Of a stretch of 64,000 nucleotides of DNA, positions 19,517 to 29,273 are shown piece after piece. Every line of letters starts with the position of its first letter. Position 1 is the stretch's first letter. This DNA comes from a virus (lineage: Duplodnaviria; Caudoviricetes), in the IMG/VR virus record IMGVR_UViG_3300042940_001591; one strand, 5' to 3'. A model generated the notes under the pieces. The model made no database searches, had not been told where the DNA came from, and saw nothing but the letters and a program-made list of their open reading frames with translations. A program made the translations under genes and the position numbers.

Positions 19517-20239
19517 CTATTTTGTGAATATTCCTTTTTTAATCATTCTATCAAGGATGTTAGCACATGCAATATCTAAAGCCTTTTTAGTTGCTATGGA
19601 AATTGTTGATTGATTAAATTTTATTGGGTCTACAGTTGCATCAGATAAAAGGGTTAACTCTCTTTTTGTGGTTGCCTCACCTAAACCCGATCCACCAAAT
19701 ACAACACCTGTTTCAGCATCTGTAAATCTAACCTGAAGACCTATACGAGTCACCATATTGTCTTGTATACCATTTTTAAGGTTGATGGTTTCATCTTCCG
19801 ACACCGAGTAATCATAACACTCAATAGTGACAAAATACTTTGCCAAATTTATTTTACCACGACCATCTAATTTATTCTCGGAAATACCAGATTGGGATGC
19901 TTGGAATTGCTTTACCATACGATTCTTAATTTCTGTTTTATCCTCAGTAAATTTGAATCTGTTTAAGTTTTCAAGATATTCCATTGAAATATTAGCAACC
20001 CCCAAACCAACACGTTTTTCTTTTAGTTCAGGATACATTTCATACATCTCATCAGAAATTCCTGCCTTTAATATTTGAATTGGAATTTGTGGACCGTCGT
20101 AATCCATATAATCACTAATATCTCTTTTCTTTTCGAAGTCCGCCTTGTAGTCTTCTGTTTTAGTTTTACCTATTGTTTGTCCGTTAACAACAACAACGCT
20201 TAGTAAAAAAACGCTTAATAATGTTAATAATTTTTTCAT
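19517..20239 (-). CDS. CsgG/HfaB-like outer-membrane assembly protein
   Basis: Signal peptide; LENLNRFKFTE; YFVTIECYDY; IGLQVRFTDAETGVVFGGSGLGEA resembles the CsgG fold. Confidence 0.65.
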   Translation of the reverse strand: MKKLLTLLSVFLLSVVVVNGQTIGKTKTEDYKADFEKKRDISDYMDYDGPQIPIQILKAGISDEMYEMYPELKEKRVGLGVANISMEYLENLNRFKFTEDKTEIKNRMVKQFQASQSGISENKLDGRGKINLAKYFVTIECYDYSVSEDETINLKNGIQDNMVTRIGLQVRFTDAETGVVFGGSGLGEATTKRELTLLSDATVDPIKFNQSTISIATKKALDIACANILDRMIKKGIFTK

Positions 20240-20249
20240 ACATTTTATC

Positions 20250-20417
20250 TTAACCCTTCCAATTTTTTGGGTGGGATTTTCTTTTAGGTGTGTTATTTAT
20301 AATTTCTTCTACAACAACAATTTCCGGTTCAGGAATAACTTCCTCAACAACTGAAACAATTTCAGGTTCCGTAATTATTTCTTCAATAACAGTAACAATT
20401 TCATTATTTTCTTCCAT
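20250..20417 (-). CDS. Small Glu/Val/Ile-repeat protein (absent from the ORF track)
   Basis: Manual translation MEENNEIVTVIEEIITEPEIVSVVEEVIPEPEIVVVEEIINNTPKRKSHPKNWKG. Confidence 0.6.
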   Translation of the reverse strand: MEENNEIVTVIEEIITEPEIVSVVEEVIPEPEIVVVEEIINNTPKRKSHPKNWKG

Positions 20418-20477
20418 TTTTAATTAATTTTTTAAATAAATTTTTATTAAAAAGGAGGGTTTTATCCCTCCTTAATA

Positions 20478-20726
20478 TTAACCTTCCATCTCATCTTTCT
20501 TTTTGTGAGAGAACTTATCCAAAGTGTCAGCACCCATTCCAATTCCCGTGATTAACATCACTGCATTCACCAATTCAGGTGACGGGGCAAAATCCGCATG
20601 AGAGAACGAATTTAAAATCATCGTTATACATAGGAATAAAGCACCTATCATTGCTATTACCGGTTTTACCGATATTGAACCTCTTTCATCTTTGAAGAGT
20701 TCGATTACCCATTGTTTAAAATTCAT
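20478..20726 (-). CDS. Two-TM membrane protein, holin-like
   Basis: LFKDERGSIS followed by two hydrophobic segments. Confidence 0.6.
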   Translation of the reverse strand: MNFKQWVIELFKDERGSISVKPVIAMIGALFLCITMILNSFSHADFAPSPELVNAVMLITGIGMGADTLDKFSHKKKDEMEG

Positions 20727-20751
20727 TTTTGTCTTGTTTTAATTTTATTTA

Positions 20752-21381
20752 TTATCCTTCCATATGCATTTCTGCATTTTCATCTTTTATTTTACCACAC
20801 TTTAAACATTCCTCGATTCCGTCACCATCCAAGTCACCCCAAACGTGTTCACATTGTCTATGTGCAAAATACATATCAATTTTACCATCACCATCAAAAT
20901 CTATACCATCCATTGTACCATCACCATCTTCATCAACTTCAACACCAGTTCTTGGTTGAACGGTTGGTACTTGTTCAAACGTATCATTTACCTTTTCTAT
21001 TTTTGAGTTTTCAATAGCGGTTTGAAACTCCTCTGGTATGATTGGAGTGTTGTTTGGTGGAGTTGGTGGTAAATCGGCGGTATTGCTTAATGATGTGCCA
21101 TCTTCTTCATCCATTTTCTGAACTAACATCTTATCCTTATCGGTATCACTAAACCAATAGTCAATTATTTTACCATAAGAACCGATGAAAGCTCCTAACA
21201 ATAATAGAAGAAGTTCTTTCCATTCTCCTTCTATTGCTGATTTATTTAATATAGCAAAGAACATTCCTCCTATAATAAACATGAATCCACCCAATACCAA
21301 TGCGGTGATGTACCATCTTCTGGCCATCATATTACTTAATAAATCTTTAAAACCACTTGGTGGTTGTTTGTTTTCTGCCAT
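20752..21381 (-). CDS. Two-TM membrane protein with DxDGDG calcium-binding-like repeats
   Basis: Two TM helices, FIGSYGKIIDYWF, DEDGDG/DFDGDG/DLDGDG, C-terminal Cys/His cluster. Confidence 0.7.
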   Translation of the reverse strand: MAENKQPPSGFKDLLSNMMARRWYITALVLGGFMFIIGGMFFAILNKSAIEGEWKELLLLLLGAFIGSYGKIIDYWFSDTDKDKMLVQKMDEEDGTSLSNTADLPPTPPNNTPIIPEEFQTAIENSKIEKVNDTFEQVPTVQPRTGVEVDEDGDGTMDGIDFDGDGKIDMYFAHRQCEHVWGDLDGDGIEECLKCGKIKDENAEMHMEG

Positions 21382-21383
21382 TT

Positions 21384-21662
21384 TTATTTATTTTTTTTTA
21401 AAAGAGATTTTATATCACAATAACAGGAATTAGCACCGTGAGCTATTGCCATTAGTATCCACATTAAAGTCATTTCACCCAAACCCAAAATGGTTTTAGG
21501 AGTATCACTACTTAATGTGTTTGGTGAACAATGTGTTATTGATTGTATTGGTTCGTAAAAATAGATCGCTAATCCTAAAAAAATTATAGAAACCCAATAT
21601 CTTAGTATGTAGTATTTTATATTATTCATATTATTATTATTTTTTATCTTTTCCAAGACCAT
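21384..21662 (-). CDS. Small membrane protein
   Basis: Two hydrophobic segments; true start probably the internal MNNIKY. Confidence 0.55.
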   Translation of the reverse strand: MVLEKIKNNNNMNNIKYYILRYWVSIIFLGLAIYFYEPIQSITHCSPNTLSSDTPKTILGLGEMTLMWILMAIAHGANSCYCDIKSLLKKNK

Positions 21663-21799
21663 CCCTTTTTTCTACCTCTTATTAATAAATAACTACAACC
21701 CCCAATAAAAAATGTTAAAAACATCGATTGGGAATTAAATACAAACATAGCTATCATACATAATACGATTACCGCTATAAAACTTAATCCCTGTTCCAT
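21644..21799 (-). CDS. Small membrane protein (absent from the ORF track)
   Basis: Manual translation MEQGLSFIAVIVLCMIAMFVFNSQSMFLTFFIGGCSYLLIRGRKKGWSWKR. Confidence 0.5.
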   Translation of the reverse strand: MEQGLSFIAVIVLCMIAMFVFNSQSMFLTFFIGGCSYLLIRGRKKGWSWKR

Positions 21800-21808
21800 T
21801 TTAAATTT

Positions 21809-22120
21809 TTACCATTTAGGAGCCTCTTCTTTAAACTCATCACCTTCTTTCTTTTTTACAGGAGCTGGTTTTTCTTTAACTGTTTCTTTTTCTTTAATAA
21901 TTACAGTCTTACCACCACCCGCCGATTGTTGTTGAGTTTGTGAATTTGTAATGTTTATTACTGGTGCCGCTTGTTGTGGTGCCGGTTCTGCTTTATCACC
22001 ACCACCTAAAAGTGTTGATAACCATACTCCCGCCGCGGTCACTAATGTTCCTGCAACCCCAATTATTGTCTTTTTTAAACCCGACCAAGTTCCTTCTGAT
22101 TGTTCTACTTCTTCTGACAT
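21809..22120 (-). CDS. Single-TM protein
   Basis: KKTIIGVAGTLVTAAGVWL TM segment followed by a polar tail. Confidence 0.65.
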   Translation of the reverse strand: MSEEVEQSEGTWSGLKKTIIGVAGTLVTAAGVWLSTLLGGGDKAEPAPQQAAPVINITNSQTQQQSAGGGKTVIIKEKETVKEKPAPVKKKEGDEFKEEAPKW

Positions 22121-22158
22121 TGTATTTGTTTTTAGTTTTTTAGTTTATTTTATTAATA

Positions 22159-22878
22159 TTACGCACCCAATGCTTTACTGAATCCATTAGGACAAGTTCT
22201 AGTACATATCAAATCTGCTATAATAGGTGCTACTGCAGTTCCGATTGCAATACCAACTCCAGCAGGGGTAGCCCATAATGCCGCCGAATCTAAACTATGA
22301 TAGATACAATTTGAACATACGTTTCTTAATAATTCTGAATCAATATTTTCACCAACACCAGGTATTGATAAAAATCCATCTGCCACTATTACACCCATTG
22401 CCGTTGATACCGCCATTTTAGCTGCCGTATCTGCAATGTAAAGAACAGGCGTAGCCATCAACGATAATGTAGTTGAAGTTGCCGCTCCAGCAGGTTGCGC
22501 TGGTGTAAATGCCGCAACAACACCGGCAGAGATTAGTGCGGTTATTGCTATATTACAAGCGTTTTCGTCCGCCCAGTTATATGCCATCACAGCACCATCT
22601 TTTACCACTTCATATCCCTCTTTAACACCAGATTCTATTTGATTTCCAACATTAATAAGTACCGGCATAACTTCTTCTTCCCATTCTCTACCTACCACAT
22701 CTTCAACTCTATGATTTATTTCAGGATGGTCGTGAATGTATCTTATTGCTTTATTGGTTAATCCCCACGTATCACACGCCGAACAAGGTCCATCTCCTCC
22801 GAATCCATACCATCTTACATAGTTATCACCACAATCCGAGCGATGATAAACAACTCCGTCTCCGTTTCTGTCTGCCAT
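22159..22878 (-). CDS. Cys-rich, Ala/Gly-rich hydrophobic hypothetical protein
   Basis: 239-aa ORF with several Cys pairs and long hydrophobic C-terminal helices. Confidence 0.7.
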   Translation of the reverse strand: MADRNGDGVVYHRSDCGDNYVRWYGFGGDGPCSACDTWGLTNKAIRYIHDHPEINHRVEDVVGREWEEEVMPVLINVGNQIESGVKEGYEVVKDGAVMAYNWADENACNIAITALISAGVVAAFTPAQPAGAATSTTLSLMATPVLYIADTAAKMAVSTAMGVIVADGFLSIPGVGENIDSELLRNVCSNCIYHSLDSAALWATPAGVGIAIGTAVAPIIADLICTRTCPNGFSKALGA

Positions 22879-22895
22879 AATTTTTGTTTTTTAAT

Positions 22896-23276
22896 TTATT
22901 GTATTTTATTGAAATCTGTTATTCCTAATTGTTTATTGTTAGAATCGAATAACCCTATTCTATATGCTGATGATGGTAACGCGTTAGTGTATACCTTTAA
23001 AAGATTATCACCGGCAACTACATTCATCGTTTCTTTAGATACTACTCTGTTTGAAATGTCGAATATTTTAACCGTCACTGAACCCGCAGTTTCGGTTTTA
23101 ACATTCATTGCCACCTCAGAGGTTACAAAAACAGTTTGTAATTTAATACCGACTGAATTTGTCATTTTAAGATCTTCCGATATCGATTGAGGGGCTGGTA
23201 AAATGTCATCTTTGTAACATCCTGTTAAAATTGTGGATAATAACACCATTGAGAGAATTTTTTTCATTTTTGTCAT
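22896..23276 (-). CDS. Lipoprotein consisting of a T9SS C-terminal-domain-like fold
   Basis: ILTGC lipobox; VKIFDISNRVV...NALPSSAYRIGL resembles the Por secretion tail. Confidence 0.6.
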   Translation of the reverse strand: MTKMKKILSMVLLSTILTGCYKDDILPAPQSISEDLKMTNSVGIKLQTVFVTSEVAMNVKTETAGSVTVKIFDISNRVVSKETMNVVAGDNLLKVYTNALPSSAYRIGLFDSNNKQLGITDFNKIQ

Positions 23277-23278
23277 TT

Positions 23279-23623
23279 TTAATTTACTATTATTTTTGTT
23301 TTTTTCAATTCATTTCCATCCACACCTTTAAGTACTAAATATAAATATCCTTTAGGTAGGGAATTGGTATAAATCTTCTTCACATTTTCACCATTTTGTC
23401 CAATAAATTTTTCTCGACTAATAACTTGATTTGTTGTCACATCTATTAAGGTCAATGTATACGTACCTGCGGAGGGTAAATCAAAATAGATAGATTGTCC
23501 GTTTGTTACCTTACTTTCTGTTACATTAAAGATATTATCTTTCGCAACCACCTCGGGCATCGGTAATTCGGGTTTAACACATCCCGTTAATAAAATAAAT
23601 GATATTAATATTAATTTTTTCAT
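23279..23623 (-). CDS. Lipoprotein consisting of a T9SS C-terminal-domain-like fold (paralog)
   Basis: LLTGC lipobox; YTLTLIDV...NSLPKGYLYLVL...KKTKIIVN. Confidence 0.6.
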   Translation of the reverse strand: MKKLILISFILLTGCVKPELPMPEVVAKDNIFNVTESKVTNGQSIYFDLPSAGTYTLTLIDVTTNQVISREKFIGQNGENVKKIYTNSLPKGYLYLVLKGVDGNELKKTKIIVN

Positions 23624-24516
23624 TAAAATTGAAAGTTTGTTCCTATCATAAACATTATTGGATTACTTTTTTTATAACCAACTGATTCTGATAATTTATC
23701 CCAAGTTGTGTTATATCTGATATTAGTATTTAACACAAATCTTTTAGTTATTTTCCAATCAATAGATGTTCCATAATATAAGTCCAAATTGAAATCATCT
23801 ATATATGTCAAATCCGATTCAGTACCATCTTTAAATACTTTATATACATCACTCATAGCAAATATTTGTGGTGAAATGTTTACCCTCTTCGTTTTCAATG
23901 TATACGTGTACATCACCATACCTCTATAAGTAAGTTCGGATGATGATGGCATTTGTGGATATATTAAATCTTTAAAATCACCATTTTCATCTACCGTATA
24001 TTTTCCTTCCCATTCACCCTGATAAGTTCCCCAAAATGATTTTGACGCAGTTAAACTATAACCAAATGTTCCAAACTTTTTAGTTCTGAATACATCTATA
24101 AATGATAATGTAATATCTTTTTGGAAATCAAAATCGGTTGAAAAAAATGTTTGTATTGTTGTAGTTCTCTTTTCGGTATTTTTACTAAGTCCATAACCCA
24201 CACCATAATAATTCCATATAGGGTTTATTGATGTTGCGAATGTATGTCCCCATTGTCCATTCATAGATGATTTATGATACCCCAAATTAAGAGTAGTAGA
24301 TACCTGTCTTCCAATTATACCAACTGATAAGTTTGAAGATGAAAGTACATCTTTTGAAAAATTAACATATGATTGCAATATACCCACATCGTTCCAATCA
24401 TCACTTTCTCCAAATAATTCTTTTGGTGATAGTTGTAATGTATCGGGTGCAGGTATTTGTGCGTTTGACACAAATCCAATTAAAACTAACGATATGATTA
24501 ATAATAGTTTTTTCAT
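23623..24516 (-). CDS. Outer-membrane beta-barrel protein
   Basis: Signal peptide, alternating beta-strand pattern, terminal FMIGTNFQF. Confidence 0.75.
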   Translation of the reverse strand: MKKLLLIISLVLIGFVSNAQIPAPDTLQLSPKELFGESDDWNDVGILQSYVNFSKDVLSSSNLSVGIIGRQVSTTLNLGYHKSSMNGQWGHTFATSINPIWNYYGVGYGLSKNTEKRTTTIQTFFSTDFDFQKDITLSFIDVFRTKKFGTFGYSLTASKSFWGTYQGEWEGKYTVDENGDFKDLIYPQMPSSSELTYRGMVMYTYTLKTKRVNISPQIFAMSDVYKVFKDGTESDLTYIDDFNLDLYYGTSIDWKITKRFVLNTNIRYNTTWDKLSESVGYKKSNPIMFMIGTNFQF

Positions 24517-26813
24517 TAGTTCATTTTTACTTTTAATTGTGTTCCATTTTTATTAACTGCATCGGTTGTTGATATTGAAGTTAAACCCAAAGTACCACTC
24601 AGTCCTATTAATGGTAAAAATGTTATTTTATATTCTGTTGTTTTATCCAATAATGTTGAACCATCGGTAATCAATGAACCTAATGTTATTGATGAACCTC
24701 TATTAGTTCCAAAATTGGTAGGAGTTCCCTTTGTGGTGAATTCTACTTTTTCAAATTTCAATGATGTGTTATCATAGTTCAAGTTAAATTGAGTACCAAC
24801 TACCTCTTGTTGTAATGGGTCTACCGAAATCGTTACTACTAATTTACCACCAATGTTTTCACCCATCAAATATGCATTTATTTCGTTTGGTACTGAATTG
24901 GTATTTAAACTCATAGTTCTAATTGAATTACTTGTAACACCACTTACACTTTGTTGTGCCGAATGTGATAGATTTACATCACCTACCCAAGTTGCGTTCA
25001 CATTGTAAGTATTATTAAGTGTACTCGTATTCAAACTAAAAGGGAATAAACTTCTGGTAGAGTTAAATTGTGTACTCCAATTAGATTTTGTTACCGCATC
25101 ATATTCTGACTTACTATATAACTTAATCAAATAGGTTAATACCGAGTATTGTGTTAGTGGTGCGGCTCCTGTCAAATGTTGTAATAATTTGTATGTATCT
25201 GCTTCATTAAATATACCATTACCATCCACATCTGCGTTCATATATTGAATCCCCGATGTAAATTCCAACCCACTCTCATTTCCAAATATACCACCATTTG
25301 ATAATTCTTTAAATGCGATAAACACATCCGATACCGTTACAATACTATTATATAGAGTGTTTAAATCAGTTTGGTTGGTATATGATAAATCGATTCCGTG
25401 TTGTTTATAACTTTGAATTGGTGAGAATGTAAATTCTGCCTTTGTTCCGTACCACCCATCTTGTAATCGTAATTGAGATTGAAATGTGGATGAAGTTATT
25501 TTGGTTGTCAAATTACCTGGCATTATATACGTTTTCCAAAATCCACTTACATTATTAATGGTAACCGGTCCATCATATATGTCAAATAATTTAACCGATG
25601 TTACATTGTTTGGGGATACTCCCGTTCCATCAAATTCTCTTTCATCTATTAACAATTGGTGTCCACCTAAATTTGCATCATATGGATTTATTATTGCCCA
25701 TTCAACTTGTCCGGCGGTTGTAGTTGCTTTAACCCCAACACCACTTACCTTTGCGGTATCTAAATCATTTGTAATATCAACTTTACCTAATCCACTTATT
25801 GCTCTTGATGTGTTGGTTGTTGTACTCCATACATTATTTACATATCTGTTTGCCTTTGCTGAGAATTTGGTCTCATCCACGTTACTACCAAAATCAAAAT
25901 TAAATCTAGCAGTTAGAACTTCACCATTTGAGTGAGTTACTGAATTGGTATAAAACTCTGTGAACGTTGCATCATCAGGATTAGTCCAAGTTCCAAATTC
26001 AACCACATAAGGATTTGCAAAATGGTTTGGTAAATCATTCCATTGAGAACCATTCCATTTGGTTACTGCATAATCTTCGTTACCACTATCGTTTGGTTCA
26101 CCAGGTGCCCAGTTATTATATTGACCGGGAATATTTCCGTTTAGTTGTCCGTTATTTATTTTAATTAAAGTTCCAGCTTCAGGACCTGCATCAATTGTCC
26201 ATCTAGCTTCACTTGCAGCATCGGATAATGCGAACCATATATTTGTTTGAGGTACATTGTTAAAAATAAAAGCATCTTCATCCGCTGAAGTAATTGTTAC
26301 TAAATATCCTTGTTGTCCTTTGAATGTTTGTTGTGATGATAGTGTTTTAGCATTTGTATAAGTTGCTCCGGTTGATATTGGTCTATAAAAGTGTCCATTT
26401 GTTCCGTTATAAAAATATCCTGTTGGATTGACTGTTGCAGCCACGGATAATGCAACATTACCTCTTACCGAACCTGTATTTACTTTTAGAGATGCTAAAG
26501 CAGTATTGATATTCGCCATTGTTCCCGTTACCACCAAACGAGTTTTATTACCGCTTAAAGTAAATCCACTTGCTGCGGTTAAACCTGTTGTTGTAGTTAG
26601 GTTAAATGTTGTACCCGTTGGTGGATTAACTAAACTAATTGATGCTAATAAAGTTGCGGTTGAACCGAACCCACTCAATACAAATCCACTTGCATCTTGT
26701 CCAGATGTAGATGGTAAAAATGATTTAGAGTCCGGAGCAGATACACTCTGTCCGAACCCTAAAAATGAAATTAGTAAAAAACATATTACTAATAGTTTCT
26801 TCATATTACTCAA
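24516..26813 (-). CDS. Exported adhesin: C-type lectin + dockerin-like + cohesin-like domains
   Basis: NGHFY...GYLVTITSADE...YNNWAPGEPND...WNDLP (CTL with EPN); ADVDGNGIFNEADTYKLL (dockerin-like); VVGTQFNLNYDNTSLKF (cohesin-like). Confidence 0.8.
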   Translation of the reverse strand: MSNMKKLLVICFLLISFLGFGQSVSAPDSKSFLPSTSGQDASGFVLSGFGSTATLLASISLVNPPTGTTFNLTTTTGLTAASGFTLSGNKTRLVVTGTMANINTALASLKVNTGSVRGNVALSVAATVNPTGYFYNGTNGHFYRPISTGATYTNAKTLSSQQTFKGQQGYLVTITSADEDAFIFNNVPQTNIWFALSDAASEARWTIDAGPEAGTLIKINNGQLNGNIPGQYNNWAPGEPNDSGNEDYAVTKWNGSQWNDLPNHFANPYVVEFGTWTNPDDATFTEFYTNSVTHSNGEVLTARFNFDFGSNVDETKFSAKANRYVNNVWSTTTNTSRAISGLGKVDITNDLDTAKVSGVGVKATTTAGQVEWAIINPYDANLGGHQLLIDEREFDGTGVSPNNVTSVKLFDIYDGPVTINNVSGFWKTYIMPGNLTTKITSSTFQSQLRLQDGWYGTKAEFTFSPIQSYKQHGIDLSYTNQTDLNTLYNSIVTVSDVFIAFKELSNGGIFGNESGLEFTSGIQYMNADVDGNGIFNEADTYKLLQHLTGAAPLTQYSVLTYLIKLYSKSEYDAVTKSNWSTQFNSTRSLFPFSLNTSTLNNTYNVNATWVGDVNLSHSAQQSVSGVTSNSIRTMSLNTNSVPNEINAYLMGENIGGKLVVTISVDPLQQEVVGTQFNLNYDNTSLKFEKVEFTTKGTPTNFGTNRGSSITLGSLITDGSTLLDKTTEYKITFLPLIGLSGTLGLTSISTTDAVNKNGTQLKVKMN

Positions 26814-28458
26814 TGGTTAAATCAACTTTATTTCCTTTCGCGTCAACAGCATCCGATAAAACAAAGTAGAATAAACCCGCAGTATTTGTTAAAGTAGTTT
26901 TTGGTGTGAATATTAATTTATATGGAGTACCTACTTTAATTCTCGCACTTTTCAATTGGTCAATAGAACCAAACGTTAATCTACCATCTTTATGTGTAGA
27001 AAAGTTTGTGATAGTTGAACCTGAATCAAATATGATATTATCCAAAGTTAATTTAGACTCATCATAATTCATTATTACTTGTAAACCTGCTAATTCTGTC
27101 TTTGTTAATGTAGTGGTTAATACAACCTTACCACCCTCTAATGTTGATGTAATACCTAATGTTGCCTTTTCCACTGCTAAAGTTTGATAAGCCATCGGGG
27201 CAGTACTCATAGATTTTATAGAACTAGTTGCTTTATCATTTACAGAATTTGTAAATTGACCTGCAGTTATTTTAGTTGCAATTACCGCTGGGTCGGATGA
27301 ATGTGACCAGTTTAAGTCTCCACCCCACGCAAATACAGCATAAACCTCTTTTGTAGGTGAATCAATTAATACTCTATTCTTAACCACACCATCTAACCAA
27401 CTTTGATTCAATAAACCACTATACCATCTTACTGATGTTGATGTGTTTGTTGGAATCATTGCGTTTGAGTCAGTATTTTGTCCCATTACATGTGCAAATA
27501 ATGCGTATGAATCTCCTTCACCAAACGCGTTTTGGTTATTGGTTACCTTACCAACTTTCTTTTCCAATGCTGGTAGAGTAAAGAAGTTCGCGGTACCACT
27601 AATATCAGTTTGTGAGTGTCCTAAGAATGCTTTATAGGCATCTGATACGGTTACAATGTTGTTCATCCAAGTTTTTTGAAACGCGGGTCCAACGAATACC
27701 CCAACTGAATCACCCACTTTAACTTGTGTTGTGAATAACGCTTCACCACTTGCATCCAATGGTAATTGTGCAATAGGTTGTTGTGACCAATCAATTTCAC
27801 CACTACCATTTGATTTCAATTTCATCAATTGAACATTATGGTCGGTAATAGTATATCCTTGTGGATATAATACTTTTACTTTGAATTGTGACGTGTTACC
27901 AACAACATTACTTACAGATGACCAACCACCACCAAAGATAGTCCCAACATTTGCACCGGCAGTGTCGGTACCCGTTGCCAAATCTATTTTGAAAATATTG
28001 TTATATGTATTTTGGTCTTTTAAAACATATTTTTGAGTCGCAATTAAACCACTAATAGATGCATCAGCTCTTTGAACGGTTAATTGTCCAACATTCCAAT
28101 CAGCATTTACCGCATAACCCCAAGGAGTTAAACCATATTGAAGATCTAAATTATTATCACTCGTAGTGCTGTTTGGTGTAAACTTATAGTTACTCCATCC
28201 AGTGTAAAATGTTTGGGCAGACGTGCCTTGGTTAAATGCGGTTGACACATATGATAATGCCTTATTATTAAATTGATATCTAAACCAAAGATAACGAGGG
28301 TTTTTAATTACAGTACCTTTTGTTAAGTTATATTTAACCGTTAGTGTGTCTCCTACTTTTAATCCAGTAGTTGGTGTTATTGATTGACTAATTGTTAATT
28401 GACCGAATGATGTAAAGGCGATCAATAAAAAAAAGCTAAGAGAGAGTAGTTTTTTCAT
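26806..28458 (-). CDS. Exported Ig/cohesin-like protein, paralogous to 24516-26813
   Basis: Signal peptide; shared VTVSD and GD(L/V)N(W/L)SHS motifs; LAGLQVIMNYDESKL cohesin-like C-terminus. Confidence 0.75.
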   Translation of the reverse strand: MKKLLSLSFFLLIAFTSFGQLTISQSITPTTGLKVGDTLTVKYNLTKGTVIKNPRYLWFRYQFNNKALSYVSTAFNQGTSAQTFYTGWSNYKFTPNSTTSDNNLDLQYGLTPWGYAVNADWNVGQLTVQRADASISGLIATQKYVLKDQNTYNNIFKIDLATGTDTAGANVGTIFGGGWSSVSNVVGNTSQFKVKVLYPQGYTITDHNVQLMKLKSNGSGEIDWSQQPIAQLPLDASGEALFTTQVKVGDSVGVFVGPAFQKTWMNNIVTVSDAYKAFLGHSQTDISGTANFFTLPALEKKVGKVTNNQNAFGEGDSYALFAHVMGQNTDSNAMIPTNTSTSVRWYSGLLNQSWLDGVVKNRVLIDSPTKEVYAVFAWGGDLNWSHSSDPAVIATKITAGQFTNSVNDKATSSIKSMSTAPMAYQTLAVEKATLGITSTLEGGKVVLTTTLTKTELAGLQVIMNYDESKLTLDNIIFDSGSTITNFSTHKDGRLTFGSIDQLKSARIKVGTPYKLIFTPKTTLTNTAGLFYFVLSDAVDAKGNKVDLTIE

Positions 28459-28473
28459 TTTATTATTTTTTTT

Positions 28474-29124
28474 TTATTTTTTATCCATTAATTTATTTAT
28501 TAATTTTTCACTAGCCTTTTTAAGTGCATTACTTAAAGATGTTTGGTTAAACGACCCCCCTTCATCGACAATAAGCGTCGACATAGAAACTTCAGATGAT
28601 GATTCCTCAACAACAAATTCTTTTTCTTTTTTACCGTCTTTTGTTAATGTTCCCTTCAATCTAATAACCACTTCCTCCTGATTAGAATGGAAAACAGATA
28701 TGTTCTTCTTTGTTGTAAGAACATCTAAATAAACAATTTGTACTTTTAATTTGTAAGGAGATGATGCCGATAAATCGTAGCCTTTTTCTTGTAAAAACTC
28801 TTCTAATATGTTTTTAACCCCGAATGCTAAATTTCTGTTACCAGCCAATTTACCAATTTTAACCTCATTGGTTACACTCTCAACCCAAATATGGTCTTCA
28901 GCATTATACCAAATGTTTTCTGGAGAGTTTTTGAATGTTCCATCAATTCTCCACGAAATCCAATTAACGATATTTCGTTGCAACTCATGTTTGCCGGAAA
29001 ACTCTAAATAAACAAAGAATAATTGAAAACAAAGGGCAAAGACTATCCAAAATACTACTAATCTTAAAAATACCCAAAATAATATATTGCCTAAATTAAG
29101 TGATAATGTTCTAATTCTTTCCAT
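28474..29124 (-). CDS. N-terminally membrane-anchored periplasmic protein
   Basis: Long hydrophobic N-terminus; alpha/beta domain; first gene of the module. Confidence 0.65.
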   Translation of the reverse strand: MERIRTLSLNLGNILFWVFLRLVVFWIVFALCFQLFFVYLEFSGKHELQRNIVNWISWRIDGTFKNSPENIWYNAEDHIWVESVTNEVKIGKLAGNRNLAFGVKNILEEFLQEKGYDLSASSPYKLKVQIVYLDVLTTKKNISVFHSNQEEVVIRLKGTLTKDGKKEKEFVVEESSSEVSMSTLIVDEGGSFNQTSLSNALKKASEKLINKLMDKK

Positions 29125-29273
29125 ATGAAATTTTTTAAAGTACTCCTGGCAATTTTCATATGAAAAGAGTCAGGAGAGAGATAATTTTTATTTGTCCCTT
29201 ATAAATATCAACACTTTATACATCTGACAAAAAAAAGTTTTTAACTTTTCTTGATTATATACGTATTTATTAA

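Noticed and set aside
19469-20473. GGAGG/CCTCC hairpins at 19469-19493 and 20452-20473 as anti-SD mimics
   Set aside because: Simple A-tract/T-tract-flanked intergenic terminators; recorded only as a caveat to the element B finding
17082-29180. 11-bp direct repeat TCAGGAGAGAG flanking the surface module (17082 and 29170) as an att site or target-site duplication
   Set aside because: Low-complexity GA tract; a longer 14-nt match to the 29172 copy lies inside a coding region (18579); no integrase nearby
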